Part shown: in pieces, positions 12,423-24,730 of the stretch
How the letters are laid out: each line of letters begins with the position of its first letter
Numbering within the stretch: the first letter of the stretch is position 1
Source: Callorhinchus milii
Taxonomy: Eukaryota
Assembly: GCF_018977255.1 (NCBI RefSeq)
Contig: NW_024704743.1
Coordinates: forward strand, 6,140,001-6,204,000
Reading direction: 5' to 3'
DNA: 64,000 bases
The notes under the pieces: generated by a model
What the model saw: the letters and a program-made list of their open reading frames with translations, nothing else
What the model was told of the DNA's origin: nothing
The model's database searches: none
Program-made: the position numbers and the translations under genes

Positions 12423-13364
12423 CTATAGATAAGAATAACAAATAATCAGAGCCCCACTGAGTAGAGAGAGTGGGATTTGGAAATACAACATCAACAAGTT
12501 CCTTGAAATTCTACTAATTTAAAGCATGAAATTGTATCAGAGCCCACATTTCTTATTTCTTTTAATAAATAATACTAATAATCTTTGCATTTGATATAGC
12601 ATCTATAATATTTAAAGTCTCAAGGTACTTTATTGTTGAATGTATTATGTATTTCTAGGTAGCCATGGAAGCCATCTTATTCACTGCACTGTCTCGCAAG
12701 CAATTGATCTAGAGAATTGCTACCGGAATACTGGAAGACTCTCCTTTATCTTTTCAAATACAGTCATGGTTTACTTACTATCAGGCAGAATGGAGCAGAA
12801 GGGGCAAGCCTGAATATATAATAATTCTTGCAATTGATGTCATGCCTTATGATGTCATTGAGATCTTTTAAACAGCTTCACAAGATTTTACTGTAAAGTG
12901 TAGTGACTGTAATTGTAGGCAATATGGGTCAAGCTGGGGATCTGTGGCAACTTAGAATTGTAGAGGCCTCAGTCACGTTTCCCTTGCATAAATTCCCTGA
13001 CTCTGAGCGGGGGTGGGAGGGGAGAGGAAACTGTAAGTACAGTCGAATATGAAGCCTGCTTCACATCCCCCGCCTTGCTCACCCCACTATTGGCAGGCGG
13101 GCCTTCTGCCACTCTGTCCCCACCCTCTGGAACTCCGTCCCACAGTCCCTCCGTCTTGCTACCCCACCCCCCACCTCGCCACCTTGAAGACCCACCTCAA
13201 GACCCTCCTTCCTTTTCGACTGTGCTTTCGATCTCCCTGCTTCCCCCCCTGCCCTCCACCCTCCCCCACCCCCAGCTCGGGTCCATAACTCTGTCTGTCC
13301 AGCACCTTGGGATGTCTCCCGATGAGAAAGGCGATATACAAATGGCTATTTTGTTGTTGTTGAG

Positions 13365-14640
13365 TAATCCAGGCGGAGGTGACAAACGCATACACGAGGG
13401 TTTTGGCTGCATTTTGGGTAAGGTGCGATCGGGGATGGGCAATGTGGTGGAGGTGGAAGAAGGCGGTCCTGGTCAGCAACTGGTTCTGGGGAAGGAAGGA
13501 AAGCTGAGGGTCGAACCAGATGCCTAGATTGCGCACTGGTTCAGAGAGTCTGAGGGAGAGGCTGGGGAGGATCTGCAGGAGTGAAGATGGGAGCCAAAGA
13601 GTATGGCTTCCATCTTGTCCACACTCAGCTGCAGGAAGTTTGCACTCATCCAGGCCCTGATGTCTACCAGACAAGCTGATAGAACATCAGGGGACCTGGA
13701 GTCGCAGTTGGAGGAGGCAAACTAGATTTGTGTGTCATCCGCATACTGCGTGTCTGCAATGACATCACCAATAGAGAGCACGTAGATGACCCCGGATGCC
13801 CTGGGGTACCCTGCAGGTGACCAGGCAGGGGCAGGAGGAGAAACCATTTGTTGAGATGAAGTGGAGGGGGTTGGTTAAGTAGGACTCGAACCAAGCACTC
13901 TCACTAAGGTGGATGAGGGATGAGAGGTTGTGGAGGAGGATGGCATGGTCGACAACGTTGAATGCGACAGAGATCCAGGAGGATAAGGAGGCAGAGGGAG
14001 CCCTGGTCATAGATAGAGAGCACGTCATTTGTGACTTCGGCAAGCGCTATCCCTGTGCTGTGGGCAGTTAGGGTGAAAATCAGACTGCAAGGGCTCGAGG
14101 AGGGTGTGAGCAAAGTTGACCTGCAACAATGCATTCCAGGACTTTGGCAAGGAAGGGCAGGTTGGAAATGGGATGGTAGAGTGAGAGATTAAGAGGGATC
14201 GAGGGTGGGTTATTGAGGAGAGGTGTGATAACAGTGGTTTTAAGGGGGAGTGGAACAGAGCCTGAGGAAAGAGACTGGTTGACCGTGTCGGCCAGCAGGG
14301 GGGAGGAGAGGGGGAGCAGCTGGTTGGGGAAGCGGGCGAGGCAGCAGGTGGTGAACTTCAGGCGGGTAATGGTGGTTGAGAGGGAGGATGAAATGGGGGC
14401 AAATGTGTGTAAGGAGGGCAAAGTGGCAGGAGCCGTGGCGGAGGGAGAAGGCGGTGTGGATGGTCTGGTTGTGGTGGAAGGAGACATGGTGGGGATGACG
14501 ATCCAGCCAAGCAGATGTTTTCAAACTTTGAGGCAAAGAAGTCTAGGACCTCTTCGCACTTGGCGTTTGATGTGAGGATAGAGGGAGCTTGAGTGGGTGC
14601 ACGGAGGAGGTGATGCACGGTGGAGAACAGTGTCTTTGGG
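13365..14640 (-). mobile_element. Decayed L2 LINE in PTCHD3 intron 3 (an opposite-strand L2 tail lies at about 13060-13362)
   Basis: [52 protein letters not shown]. Confidence 0.85.
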
Positions 14641-14919
14641 TTGAATAGACTTGGTCATTTGAAAAAATTCTTTGCTCGTTTTATGTTTTCTTATGTTTTA
14701 ATTTAGACTGTACTGAACTGCACCTAAAATAAACAAGAATTTATAAAATAAACGAGTACATGCCCAGTTGGATTTTACGTTTGGTGTCAAATATTTGAAA
14801 ATATGGCATTTTCACAATGTCAAATCATATACACTCACCATAATCTTACAATGTATTTTTATACTCCTTTCTCTACAGTCCATCAATAGAAAACAAAACG
14901 AGACACAAATGTCAAACTA

Positions 14920-15108
<189 letters not shown>

Positions 15109-15178
15109 TTACCTTAATGTCACACAGTAAGTCAATGAAAATGAATTCCAACTTTACTTAATAGAGAAAGAACTTTAC

Positions 15179-15300
15179 CTCATACAAGACACAATGGAAA
15201 AGAATATTGAAAGGAAATAGGTGATTGAAAATAGTGGTACGATTTCTTTGCTGCTTCCTTCAAACTCTGTCTGTCTTGATACGGAAGTGTAATACGAAAC
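15179..15300 (-). CDS. PTCHD3: PTCHD3-like exon 2
   Basis: Acceptor attacag|GTTTCG and donor ATGAG|gtaaag; VSYYTSVSRQTEFEGSSKEIVPLFSITYFLSIFFSIVSCM(R); 122 nt, phases 0 and 2. Not in the ORF track. Confidence 0.92.
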
Positions 15301-15564
15301 CTGTAATTGAGGGGGGAAATTCTTTATAGCATCTTATTAAATGATCAGATTTCTGTTGAAAGTAAGAAACTTGACATAATATCCTGTTTGTATGACAGAC
15401 ATACTTTCATTAATTTAAAAGAACTATGAGATTGAATAACATAAGTGTGTGTTCATTAACAAATATGATGGAAGGCTCATGAACTGGGCCAATAGAAAAG
15501 TGCAGCCGCAATTTTTCCACGGAATAATAATAAATATTATCCCCCTTTGTTACAATCACCCTCC

Positions 15565-16580
15565 TTCGCTATAAACACCCCCCTCCACTACACTCCTACC
15601 TCCACTACAAACACCCTCCCATTACAAAACCCCCCTCCCCTGCAAACACCCCCTCCCCTACAACACCCACCTCCCTACAAACACCCCTCTCTGCTGCAAA
15701 CACCCCCCTCCGCTACAAAACCCCCTCCGCTACAAACACTCCCCACCACTACAAACACCGGCTCCGGCACAAACAAACTGTTCACTACAAACATCCCACT
15801 CTGCTAGAAACAGCCTCCGCCTACAAGCAACCCTCCGCTACAAACACCCCCCACTCCTCTACAAACACTCCCCCTCCCCTACAAACTACAAACATTCCCC
15901 TCCCCTATGAACACACCCTCCCCTACAAACACGGCCTTGGCACAAGCAAACTCTCTGCTAGAAACACCCCCCTCCGCTAGAAACTGCCTCCCCCTAACAA
16001 CCCTCCTCTCCCCTACAAACAACACACCGCTACAAACATCACCACCACCACCAACAACAACAACTTGGATTTATATAGCGCCCTCCACGCCGGATGGCGT
16101 CTCAGAGCGCTTCACAGTAACGGATCCCGGGGGAGGGGGGGGAAGGTGACCAAAGGCGCGGTCAAAGAGAAAGGTCTTCAGCCGAGACCTGAAAATAGGA
16201 AGAGAGGGAGCGAGGCGAAGGCAGTGAGGAAGGAAGTTCCAGAGCCTCAGGGCATAGTGTCTGAAGGCACGGCTGCCGAGGGTGGAGCAGAGGACTCGGG
16301 GGATGAGGAGGCCAGACCCGGAGGAACGAAGGCGACGGGCACTGTTTTGACAAGAGAGGAGGTCAGAGAGGTAGGGGGGGGTGCAGAGGAGTGGAGGGAT
16401 TTCAAGACAAGGGTGAGGATCTTGAAGTCGATCCTTTCTGGGACAGGCAGCCAGTGCAGTCTGACACCCACCCCGACACCCCCATCACTACAAACACCAC
16501 CACCCCCTACAAACACCGGCTCTGGCACAAACAAACCCTCCACTACAAACTTTCCCCTCCGCTAGAAACAGCCTCCGCTG
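15565..16580. repeat. Degenerate minisatellite (about 18-nt unit CTACAAACACCCCCTCC), interrupted by an L2 3' fragment at about 16053-16463 (-)
   Basis: More than 20 copies of ctacaaac/ctagaaac followed by C-runs; the L2 piece encodes RLHWLPVPERIDFKILTL. Confidence 0.85.
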
Positions 16581-17714
16581 GTCAGTGGCAAATGACGTTT
16601 TGTTAATCTGTGATGAAGGCCCCCTCTGTCTCCTCGTCCTCCTTGACCTCTCTGCTGCTTTTGACACCGTTGACCTCTTCTCACCACAACCTTCAGGGCT
16701 CTGTCCTTGACTGGTTCATATCCTACCGTTCACACCGCCTTGTCATGGTTACTCTATTTTTTGCAATACTCTATCCTGCATAAATTGTATCAAATGTTTT
16801 GCAAATATTAATATTAATAATCTATATGTTGGGGGTTGCTTGTCCCTTTAAGAGGGTTAAGTCTCCTTTTTTGCAAGCAACAGTGGAGACACTGGGCGCT
16901 TAGAGAGAGAAACAATTACTTGTACCAAGTTAAAAGCACGTGGTGTTTAATGCGGGAAAAAAACCACTCTACTTTGTTTAATGGGAGAAACCATTGCCTA
17001 TATAAGGAAGAGGCTGGCTCACTTGGCCCAACTTTTAATAGTATGTGCCTGACTTGAGGGGCACGACCTCCAAGTCAAGATTGGTCTTTATTATTATTAT
17101 TTTCACTAACATTATTATTTGCTCCCAATTTATCCCAATCAGTTGTTGAATCGTGTTGTATCTGTTTCATTGTTGTGTTTAACTGATTCGCTTTGACCTA
17201 GAAGTAAGATGGAAAGACAAACGCCTGTCTTTAGTTGATAAACATCTGTTGTACCTGCTCAGTATTGCCTTTGAGTCTGTTATATCCTCTGTTATATTCT
17301 CTTCAACCATGCCCTCAGCTCCCCTCTCGACTCTCTAGCCCCTCCTCGCTTCCTCCCTTCCCTCCCCTCACCCTGACCATTTCCCCCCTGCTCGGGTCCC
17401 GACCCAACTGTCCAGCGCCTTGGAACGTCCTCCCGACTTGAAAGGCGCTCTATAAATGCAATCTTGTTGTTGTTGTTAGGGATGGAGGGAGATAAAACAC
17501 ATTAAAGCAGGAATTGCCATACCTAGTAGCCTAATAGTTCAATAAGGCATTGGGTCAGTAAACCGAACGGTAATACCTGTCGTTGTGTGGCTCCGAAATA
17601 GTCAAATTAATAGTAAATTACTCAAGAGCAGGAATTTCCAATACAGAGGCCACACAGTACACTTTGTGTTACTGACATTTGCGGGGTACACGGAGGGGTG
17701 AGAACTGTCGCAAT

Positions 17715-19130
17715 CTCCACTGTCTCCACAAACGGCATCTTCTCTAGCCCCCGCACCATCTCATGCGATAATCCTCAGGGCTCTGCCCTTGTTCCTCTCC
17801 TCTTCAACATCTACATGCTCCCTCTTGGTAACATCAAGGGTTATTATCGTCCACAGGTGTGGGGTCAACTTCCACATGTATGCGGATGACACCAACTCTA
17901 TCTGTCTGCCTCCACCCTTGACTTCAGGACCACTGTCAAGCATCAAGTCCTGGATGAGAGCTAACTTTCTCCAGTTGAATGTCAACAAGACCGAGGCTCT
18001 CCTGATTGACTCCCATGGGGTTGGAGTGACAGTAAGCACGGTCTAACAAGAAGGTTTTCAGGTGGGACTTAAAAAAGGGGAGAGGGGGTAAGACAGAGGG
18101 ATTGAGGGAGAGTATTCCAGAGTTTTGGGGTGTAGTGGCTGAAAGCGGGACCTCCGATGGTGGGGCATAGAGTGTGAGGGATGAGCAGGAGGCTGATGCC
18201 AGTCGAGTGGAACAGCCGGGTGTTGGATTGGGGAGTGAGGAGGTTGGAGAGGTAGGGAGGTGCCTAGTGAAGGGATTTGAACACAAGTGTGCGGAACTTG
18301 AAGTTGATCCGTTTGGTGATGGGGAGCCAGCGGGTCATGGCCAAAACTGGTGAGATGTGGATATGTGTAAGTATGTGGGCGGCAGAGTTCTGAATGAGCT
18401 GGATCTTTTGAATAGTGGAGCTGGGGAGACCCGTGAGGAGTGCGTTTGAGTAATCCAGACGGGAGGTGACAAACACTTGCATGAGGGTTTGGGCTGCATT
18501 TGGGGTAAGGTACGGTCGGAGGTGGGCAATGTGGCAGAGGTGGAAGAAGGCGGTCCTTGTCAGGGACCGGATGTGGGAGAGGAATGACAGCTGTGGGTCG
18601 AACTGTATGCCTAAATTTCACACTTGTTGGGTGAGTGTGAGGAAGAGCCCAGGGAGGTTGAGGAGTTCAGATCGGCAGGAGTGAAGACGTTGATGGGAGC
18701 CAAGGAGTATGGCTTCCGTCTTGTCCACATTCAGCTGCAGGAAGTTTGCACTCATCCATGTCCTGGTGTCTGCCAGATAAGCTGATAGAACATTGGCGGA
18801 CCTCGATTTGTTACTGGAGGAGGCAAAGTAGATTTGTGTGTCATGCCCATACATGTGGAAGTTTACCCTGTGTCTGCGGAGGAAGCACATAGATAAGGAA
18901 AGGAAGAGGACCAAGGATGGAGCCCTGGGGTACCCTGCAGGGGACTGGGTGGGGGTGGGAGGAGAAACTATTTGCCGAGGTGAAATGGAGGTGGTTGGCT
19001 AAGAAGGACATGAACCATGCGCGTGTTGTCCCATTAGGGTAGATGAGGGAGGAGAGGTGGTGGAGGATGATGGCGTGGTCAACTGTGTGGAACGCAGAAG
19101 AGAGATCCAGGAGAACTAGGAGGCTGAGGA
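17715..19130. mobile_element. Two abutting L2 fragments (+ 17715-18010; - 18030-19130)
   Basis: HMYADDT and WMRANFLQLNVNKTE on +; [20 protein letters not shown] and WLPITKRINFK on -. Confidence 0.85.
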
Positions 19131-19419
19131 GCTCTGGTCACCCTCATCCTCACCCGGCTCCACTCGCTCCCCATTCCCCAGAGCAGGGTAGTCCAGCCTT
19201 TTGGCTGCCGATGGCCATATTCCTTATTTGAGAAAGGTCTATGGGCCACAAGCAATATTTTGTGTTTCCCTTCCAGAAACATAACAACATTGACACAGCA
19301 CCGTTTCCATGTTGGAAGGACATCTCAAAGCGCTCGACACTGCTGGCTGGTCGCCTGAGCTGGGTGTTGTAGCCGAGGGAGGTGGGACAGGGAGGGGAAA
19401 GATGACCCAAGAGTCAAAG

Positions 19420-19655
19420 AGTTCCCCTCTCCCCTCTCTCAATCCCCTTCTCTCAGTTCCCCTCTCCTCCCCCTCTCTCAGTCCCCCTCTCCTCCCCTTC
19501 TCTCAGTCCCCTCCCTCTCTCTCAATCCCCCTCTCCTGCCCCTCTCTCAATCCCTCTCTACTCCCACTCTCTTAATCCCCCTCCCCTACTCTCGCTCAGT
19601 CCCTCTCTCCTCCCCCTCTCCCCTCACTCTCTGTCCCCCTCTCCCCATCTCTCAA
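19420..19655. repeat. Polypyrimidine (CT-rich) low-complexity repeat
   Basis: Repeated ctctcagtcccctctcctcccc-like units. Confidence 0.85.
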
Positions 19656-20545
19656 TTATTCCTTCTTTCCCAATCGGCCGCACAGGTCACTACGTGCAGT
19701 GGCAGGAGCCACCGATTGCTAAGGACACAGAAGACAAGGAGACAAGCTTCCCTTCCCCTGGGCTCCACTCTCCGCGCTGTGTCCTCCCAACCGCCTCCTG
19801 CCGCTGCCCTGGGAGGACTTTCACCAGGTTCGGAGGGAGGGAGGGAGCGGAATTTGGAATGTTGGAAAGCGTCACGGACCAAATAAAATCACCCGCCGGG
19901 CCTTGATACCTCTGTGACCTCCTAAACCCCTATCAACTGTCCCCTCCCTCCGCTCAGCGGGCTCTGGCCTGCTTCATGTCCCCCGCCTTGTCCGCCCCAC
20001 CATTGACAGTCTGGCCTTCAGCCTCTCTGCCCCACCCTTTGGAACTTCATCCTACATTGCCTTTGCCTCACTCCCTCCCCTGGCTCCTTCAAAGCACGTC
20101 TCAAGACCCTCCTCTACGACTGCGTATTCGGTCACCCTCCTACCCTTACCCTCCTTCTCTTCACCCCCTGATCCCAATTCCCCCCAGCTCAAGTCCATAT
20201 CCCTGACAGTCCAGCGCCTTAGGATGATCTCCTAACATGAAAGGCGCTATACAAATGTAATTTGTTGTTGTGGTTTGAAGGTGCGGAGGGAGGGGGTGAG
20301 TCAGCGGTAGTTGGAATGAGTTGTTGTTATTGGTCATGGATACGTTCTGCATAAATCAGTAACACAAATAAAAATCTCTATTCACCAGCATTCACTTCAC
20401 ACCACTAACTAATGAGCGTTTATACTGCATGTAGATTTAAACACTTTTTGTTGAGGAAGACAAATACTATAGGTTACTGCAGATGCAGCCGTTCATTAAC
20501 AGTAAAATAACACACACACTGAGGTATTTTGCAGTTAAAACTTAC

Positions 20546-21259
20546 CTGAATATTTTTCAGCACTGTTGAGCGTTTCGGAATTTCATCAATAAACTTCGTC
20601 AGCCACCGCTCATTTTTTGGTGCGTTGTTATCTCGTAAATAATAATCAAGTCTAACGGCAGAAGCTGTTTTAATATAATTTCCCTCTAACTTCACTCCCC
20701 CCACAGACAAACCAATGAAACCACTACATTCTGTGCTATTCTGGACGGGATAAGTAAATTTAAAGCTCTCCACTTGACCAGCATCGTACTGTATACAGTC
20801 TAACATTACATTGGAGAAGCAGGAATCTCCTGCTTTGGCACAAAGACTGGAATAGTTATTCTTATCAACAACAAACCCTTTAACTTCCCCATCGAGCCGC
20901 AGAATCTCTTTAAATGCTGCCTCTGTGAGGACGCTGCCACCTTTAGCAACAGCGATGAAAGAAGCAAAGGTCCCCTCTGTGTAGAGCCTCGGCGCCGAGA
21001 AGGGCAGAGAATCATGAGTTGGAAAGTGTTTCATAATAAACTCTCTCTCAGACTTTGCCTGACCGTGAATAGGAGTGAACTGCTCCTCTATGTCATTCGT
21101 TTCATTTTGCTCAAAGAAATAAAACCCTGCGCCTAGAGCTGCAGAAATGATCAGAGGAATCACCAAAAACCACCATGGATATCGCCCAACGAGGGCTCCC
21201 AACTTCCCGAAAACTTTACAGAGAGGTTTCTCCAGACAGTCAGTGTGACACCGAGCCAT
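20546..21259 (-). CDS. PTCHD3: PTCHD3-like exon 1 (TM1 and first luminal domain)
   Basis: Kozak gaccATGG; MARCHTDCLEKPLCKVFGKLGALVGRYPWWFLVIPLIISAALGAGF...NDIEEQFTPIHGQAKSER; donor ATTCAG|gtaagt at 20546/20545; 714 nt, phase 0. The four exons total 2682 nt, or 893 aa plus stop. Confidence 0.93.
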
Positions 21260-21326
21260 GGTCTACACTGGGCAGTCAGCAGACTGAAGAAGGGAATGTT
21301 ACACGCAACGCTCGATTGCACCAGAG

Positions 21327-21362
21327 ATTGGTTTGAATAATAACATGCCACTCTGTGATTGG
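21327..21362 (-). promoter_or_regulatory. Two CCAAT boxes 31 bp apart, upstream of the PTCHD3 ATG (candidate promoter)
   Basis: ATTGG at 21327-21331 and 21358-21362; spacing is typical of tandem NF-Y sites. The transcription start is unknown. Confidence 0.3.
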
Positions 21363-22029
21363 ATTGAACAATGATCTGTGTCAGAAAGTATTGCACTTAA
21401 CGTACCATGTCTATTACAACGGTCTGGGTTTCTCCCTTCACACTTCATCCATAATAAACTCTACTTGGCCAGGTCTTTTATTAACTTATTGGAACATTGC
21501 AGTCATTCGTGCCTGCTTAAAGATTTCTTCAAGGTTACTTCAAATTGAATGTATAAATAATGTAGTAATAATCCTTGCACTTTATATAGTGTTTTATATG
21601 TTGGGAGGAGATCTCTGGAGTTATTGTAAATTGATTGTGTATTTTGCAGGTGAACCCAGCAGCCAGTTTGCACACAGTAATGTCCCACAAACAGTCAGGA
21701 AGTGAATAACCAATTTCATCAGAATCCCAGAGTTTGTGGTCAGGGTACTGCTGGAGTCTAACCAGCTAAATTCGCATTGCTTGCCATTGAGAGCACTGCC
21801 TAGCAAGCTTTCCTGCTGCTCGTTCAGCTAGGAGCACCCTACCCTTTAGGGCTTTGGCTTGCAGGAGCTGAGTGGTTGGATTCCCTGCTCCCAGTGACTA
21901 GTTTGCCCTTCCAGGTCCTGCCAATGAGCCTTGCTGGCTGTGCCGCAATCAGCAATGCCCTGGAGTTCTGCGGCCTAGTTTGGCTCCAAAGAGACCGCAC
22001 TTAGACTGCCCCAAAATGAGGATAGTCAA

Positions 22030-22852
22030 GTTTGACGGAAGCCATACTTTTTGGCCCTCGTCAACGTCTAAAATCTCACAGCTCTTACCTCCTCCACCTA
22101 CCCGACCTCCCCCTAAAACTCTCTGAACCCGTACGCAACCTAGGCATCAGGTTCGACTCCCAATTATCCTTCCTCCCCCACATTCGGTCCCTCACCAGCA
22201 CCGCCTTCTACCACCTCCGATGCATCGCCCGTCTCCGCCAATACCTCTCCCCAAAAGCCGCTGGAACCCTGGTCCATGCCTTTGTCACCTCTCAGCTGGA
22301 GTACTCCGAAGTCCTCCTCGCCGGTCTCCCATACACTACCATCCATAAAATCCAAATCATTCAAACTCTGCCGCCCGCATTCTCACCTGCACAAAACTGC
22401 GCTCCCCGACCACCCCAGTCCTTGCCAGACTGCACTGGCTGCCTATCCCAGAGAGGATCGATTTCAAGATCCTCACCCTTGTATTCAAGTCCCTGCACTC
22501 CTCTGCACTCCCTTACCTCTCTGACCTCCTCTCTCCTCAAAACAGTACCCATTGCCTTCTTTCCTCTGGTTCTGGACTCCTCCTTGTCCCCCGAGTCCTC
22601 TGCTCCATCCTCAGCAGCCGTGCCTTCAGCCACTATGCCCCGAAGCTCTGGAACTGCCTTCCTCACTCTCTTCGCCTCGCTCCCTTTCTTCCCATTTTCA
22701 GGTCTCTGCTGAAGACCTTTCTTTTTGACTGCGCCTTTGGTCACCTTCCTCCCCCTCCCCCCCCGGCGCGGCCCCGGGATCCATTACTGTAAAGTGCTCT
22801 GAGACGCCATCCGGTGTGGAGGGCGCTCTCTAAATTCAAGTTGTTGTTGTTG
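22030..22852 (+). mobile_element. L2 LINE 3' fragment with (GTT)n tail
   Basis: [26 protein letters not shown]; same subfamily as the 16053-16463 fragment. Confidence 0.9.
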
Positions 22853-23372
22853 TATGTCCTGAACAGAGGTAAAGCTGTGTTGTTTAGTGCAATTTTAATG
22901 AGGAAAATGTGAAATGTAAGGATTTGTTTTGAAATTCGATTAGCAGATTTACTGAACATGGAGATTTGACTGAGAAAGAAGGAGAAATGCCGACAAAGGC
23001 ATAACGCCATTATTGCATGCTATGAGAGGAAAGAAGGTCTGGAGATTTTAAGCACATCCACTTGCAACTCCTGGGAGGAGAAAGATAATAGGCAAGAACA
23101 CCAACCCTGTACAGGTGATGATGGCACACATCTACAAGAAGCTCCTTGACCTGCATTTCTTGGTCTTGGATGCTTTGGAATAGTTCTGTTAGCAGCAAGC
23201 ACATCAATCTCCACTTGAGCTGGATGAGTTTCAGGCAAATCATTGTTTGTAACTTCTTCAAGCTTTCTTTCTCAAGTAGGAATGTAGGATTTCGATGAAA
23301 ATAGCCAATTCCAACAATTGCACCAAATCCTTGTGCCACTTTCCACTGTTTTTTAATTGATTATTTTAACTT

Positions 23373-24730
23373 ACAACAACAACAAATTACATTTGTACAG
23401 TGCCTTTCACGTAAGGAGGTTGTCCCAAGGCGCTGGCCTATTAGGGATCCACACCCGAACTGGTGGTTGGGATCAGTAGTGGTGGAGGGCAGGGAGGGTG
23501 ACCGAAGGCATGGTTGAAGAGGAGGTTCTTGAGACAGGTATTGAGGGAGGCAAGGGAGGGGGCAAGGTGGAGGGACTGTAGGATGGAGTTCCAGAGCGTG
23601 GTGGCAGAGACGCTGAAGGCCCGTCCATCAATGGTGGGGTGGGCAAGGTGGGGGTCGTGAAGCAGGCCGAAGGCCGCTGAGTGGAGGGAGCGGACAGTTT
23701 GACAGGGGGTTAGGGGGTCACAGAGGTAGGGAGGAGGAAGGCTGCGGAGAGCTTTGATGGTGAAGACCAGGGTCTGTGAGTGATGGGGAGCCAGTGGAGC
23801 TGGGCGAGGATGGGGTTGATGGGGTCACGGAGCCTGGTCGGGAGTGGACATGGGCTGCAGAGTTCTGTATGATCTGCAGCCTGTGGAGGGCGGAGTTGGG
23901 GGGAGCTGACAAGCAGGGAGTTTGCATTGTGAGCCTGGATGTGATTACCTTGTGGATGAGGGACTCGGCAGCCTGCAGTGAGAGACAGTGGCAGAGCTGG
24001 GCCATGTTGCGGAGCTAGGGAAAGGCGGAGTGATTCATGGCACAAATGTGCGGGATGAAGGACAGTTGAGGGTCGAACAGGACGCCGAAGTTCTGTATTG
24101 GCTCCGTGAGGTGTCAAGTGCATCCATGAAGGGTGATGATGTCAGCCCTCGAGGTATGGAGGCGCTGATGGGAGCCAAGCAGGAGGGCCTTGGTCTTGTT
24201 GACATTCGACTGGAGAAAGTTAGCTCTCATCCAGGACTTGATGTCCGACAGGCAGTCTGTGAGGACAGTAGTGATCCTGGAGTCGAGGGTGGAGGCGGAG
24301 AAGTAGAGTTGGGTGTCATCTGCATACATGTGAATGACACCCAATGGATGATGTCACCAAGGGGGAGCATGTAGTTGATGAAAAGGAGGGGACCAAGGAC
24401 AGAGTCCTGAGGGACGCCACATGTGATGGTGTGGGGATTGGAGGAGCAGCCATAAGGGAACACAAAGTGGAGACAGTGTGAGAGGTAGAATTTGAACCAG
24501 GCAAGGGCAGGTCTGTGAAGGTTGAGCTGAGAGGAGAGGCGGTAGAGGAGGATAGAATGGTCGACAGTGTCGAAGGCAGGAGAAAAGTCGAGGAGGACAT
24601 GGAGGCAGGTCACAGATGGACAGAATGTCGTTAGTGACTTTGACCAGGGCTGTGGGCAGCACAGAAACCCGATTGAAAGGGTTCATAGAGGGTATGGCGG
24701 GAGAGAAAAGAGCGAAGCTGGGACACAAAG
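23373..24730 (-). mobile_element. L2 LINE ORF2 3' part with tail
   Basis: [46 protein letters not shown]. Confidence 0.9.

Noticed and set aside
15547..16149. Pro/Thr-rich mucin- or extensin-like ORFs
   Set aside because: Translations of an intronic minisatellite, with no splice or start context.
20474..20545. Extension of the PTCHD3 exon-1 ORF (VSFNCKIP...)
   Set aside because: Read-through past a consensus donor CAG|GTAAGT. The ORF-track extensions at 12423-12441, 15068-15099, 35227-35333 and 36087-36236 are likewise intronic.
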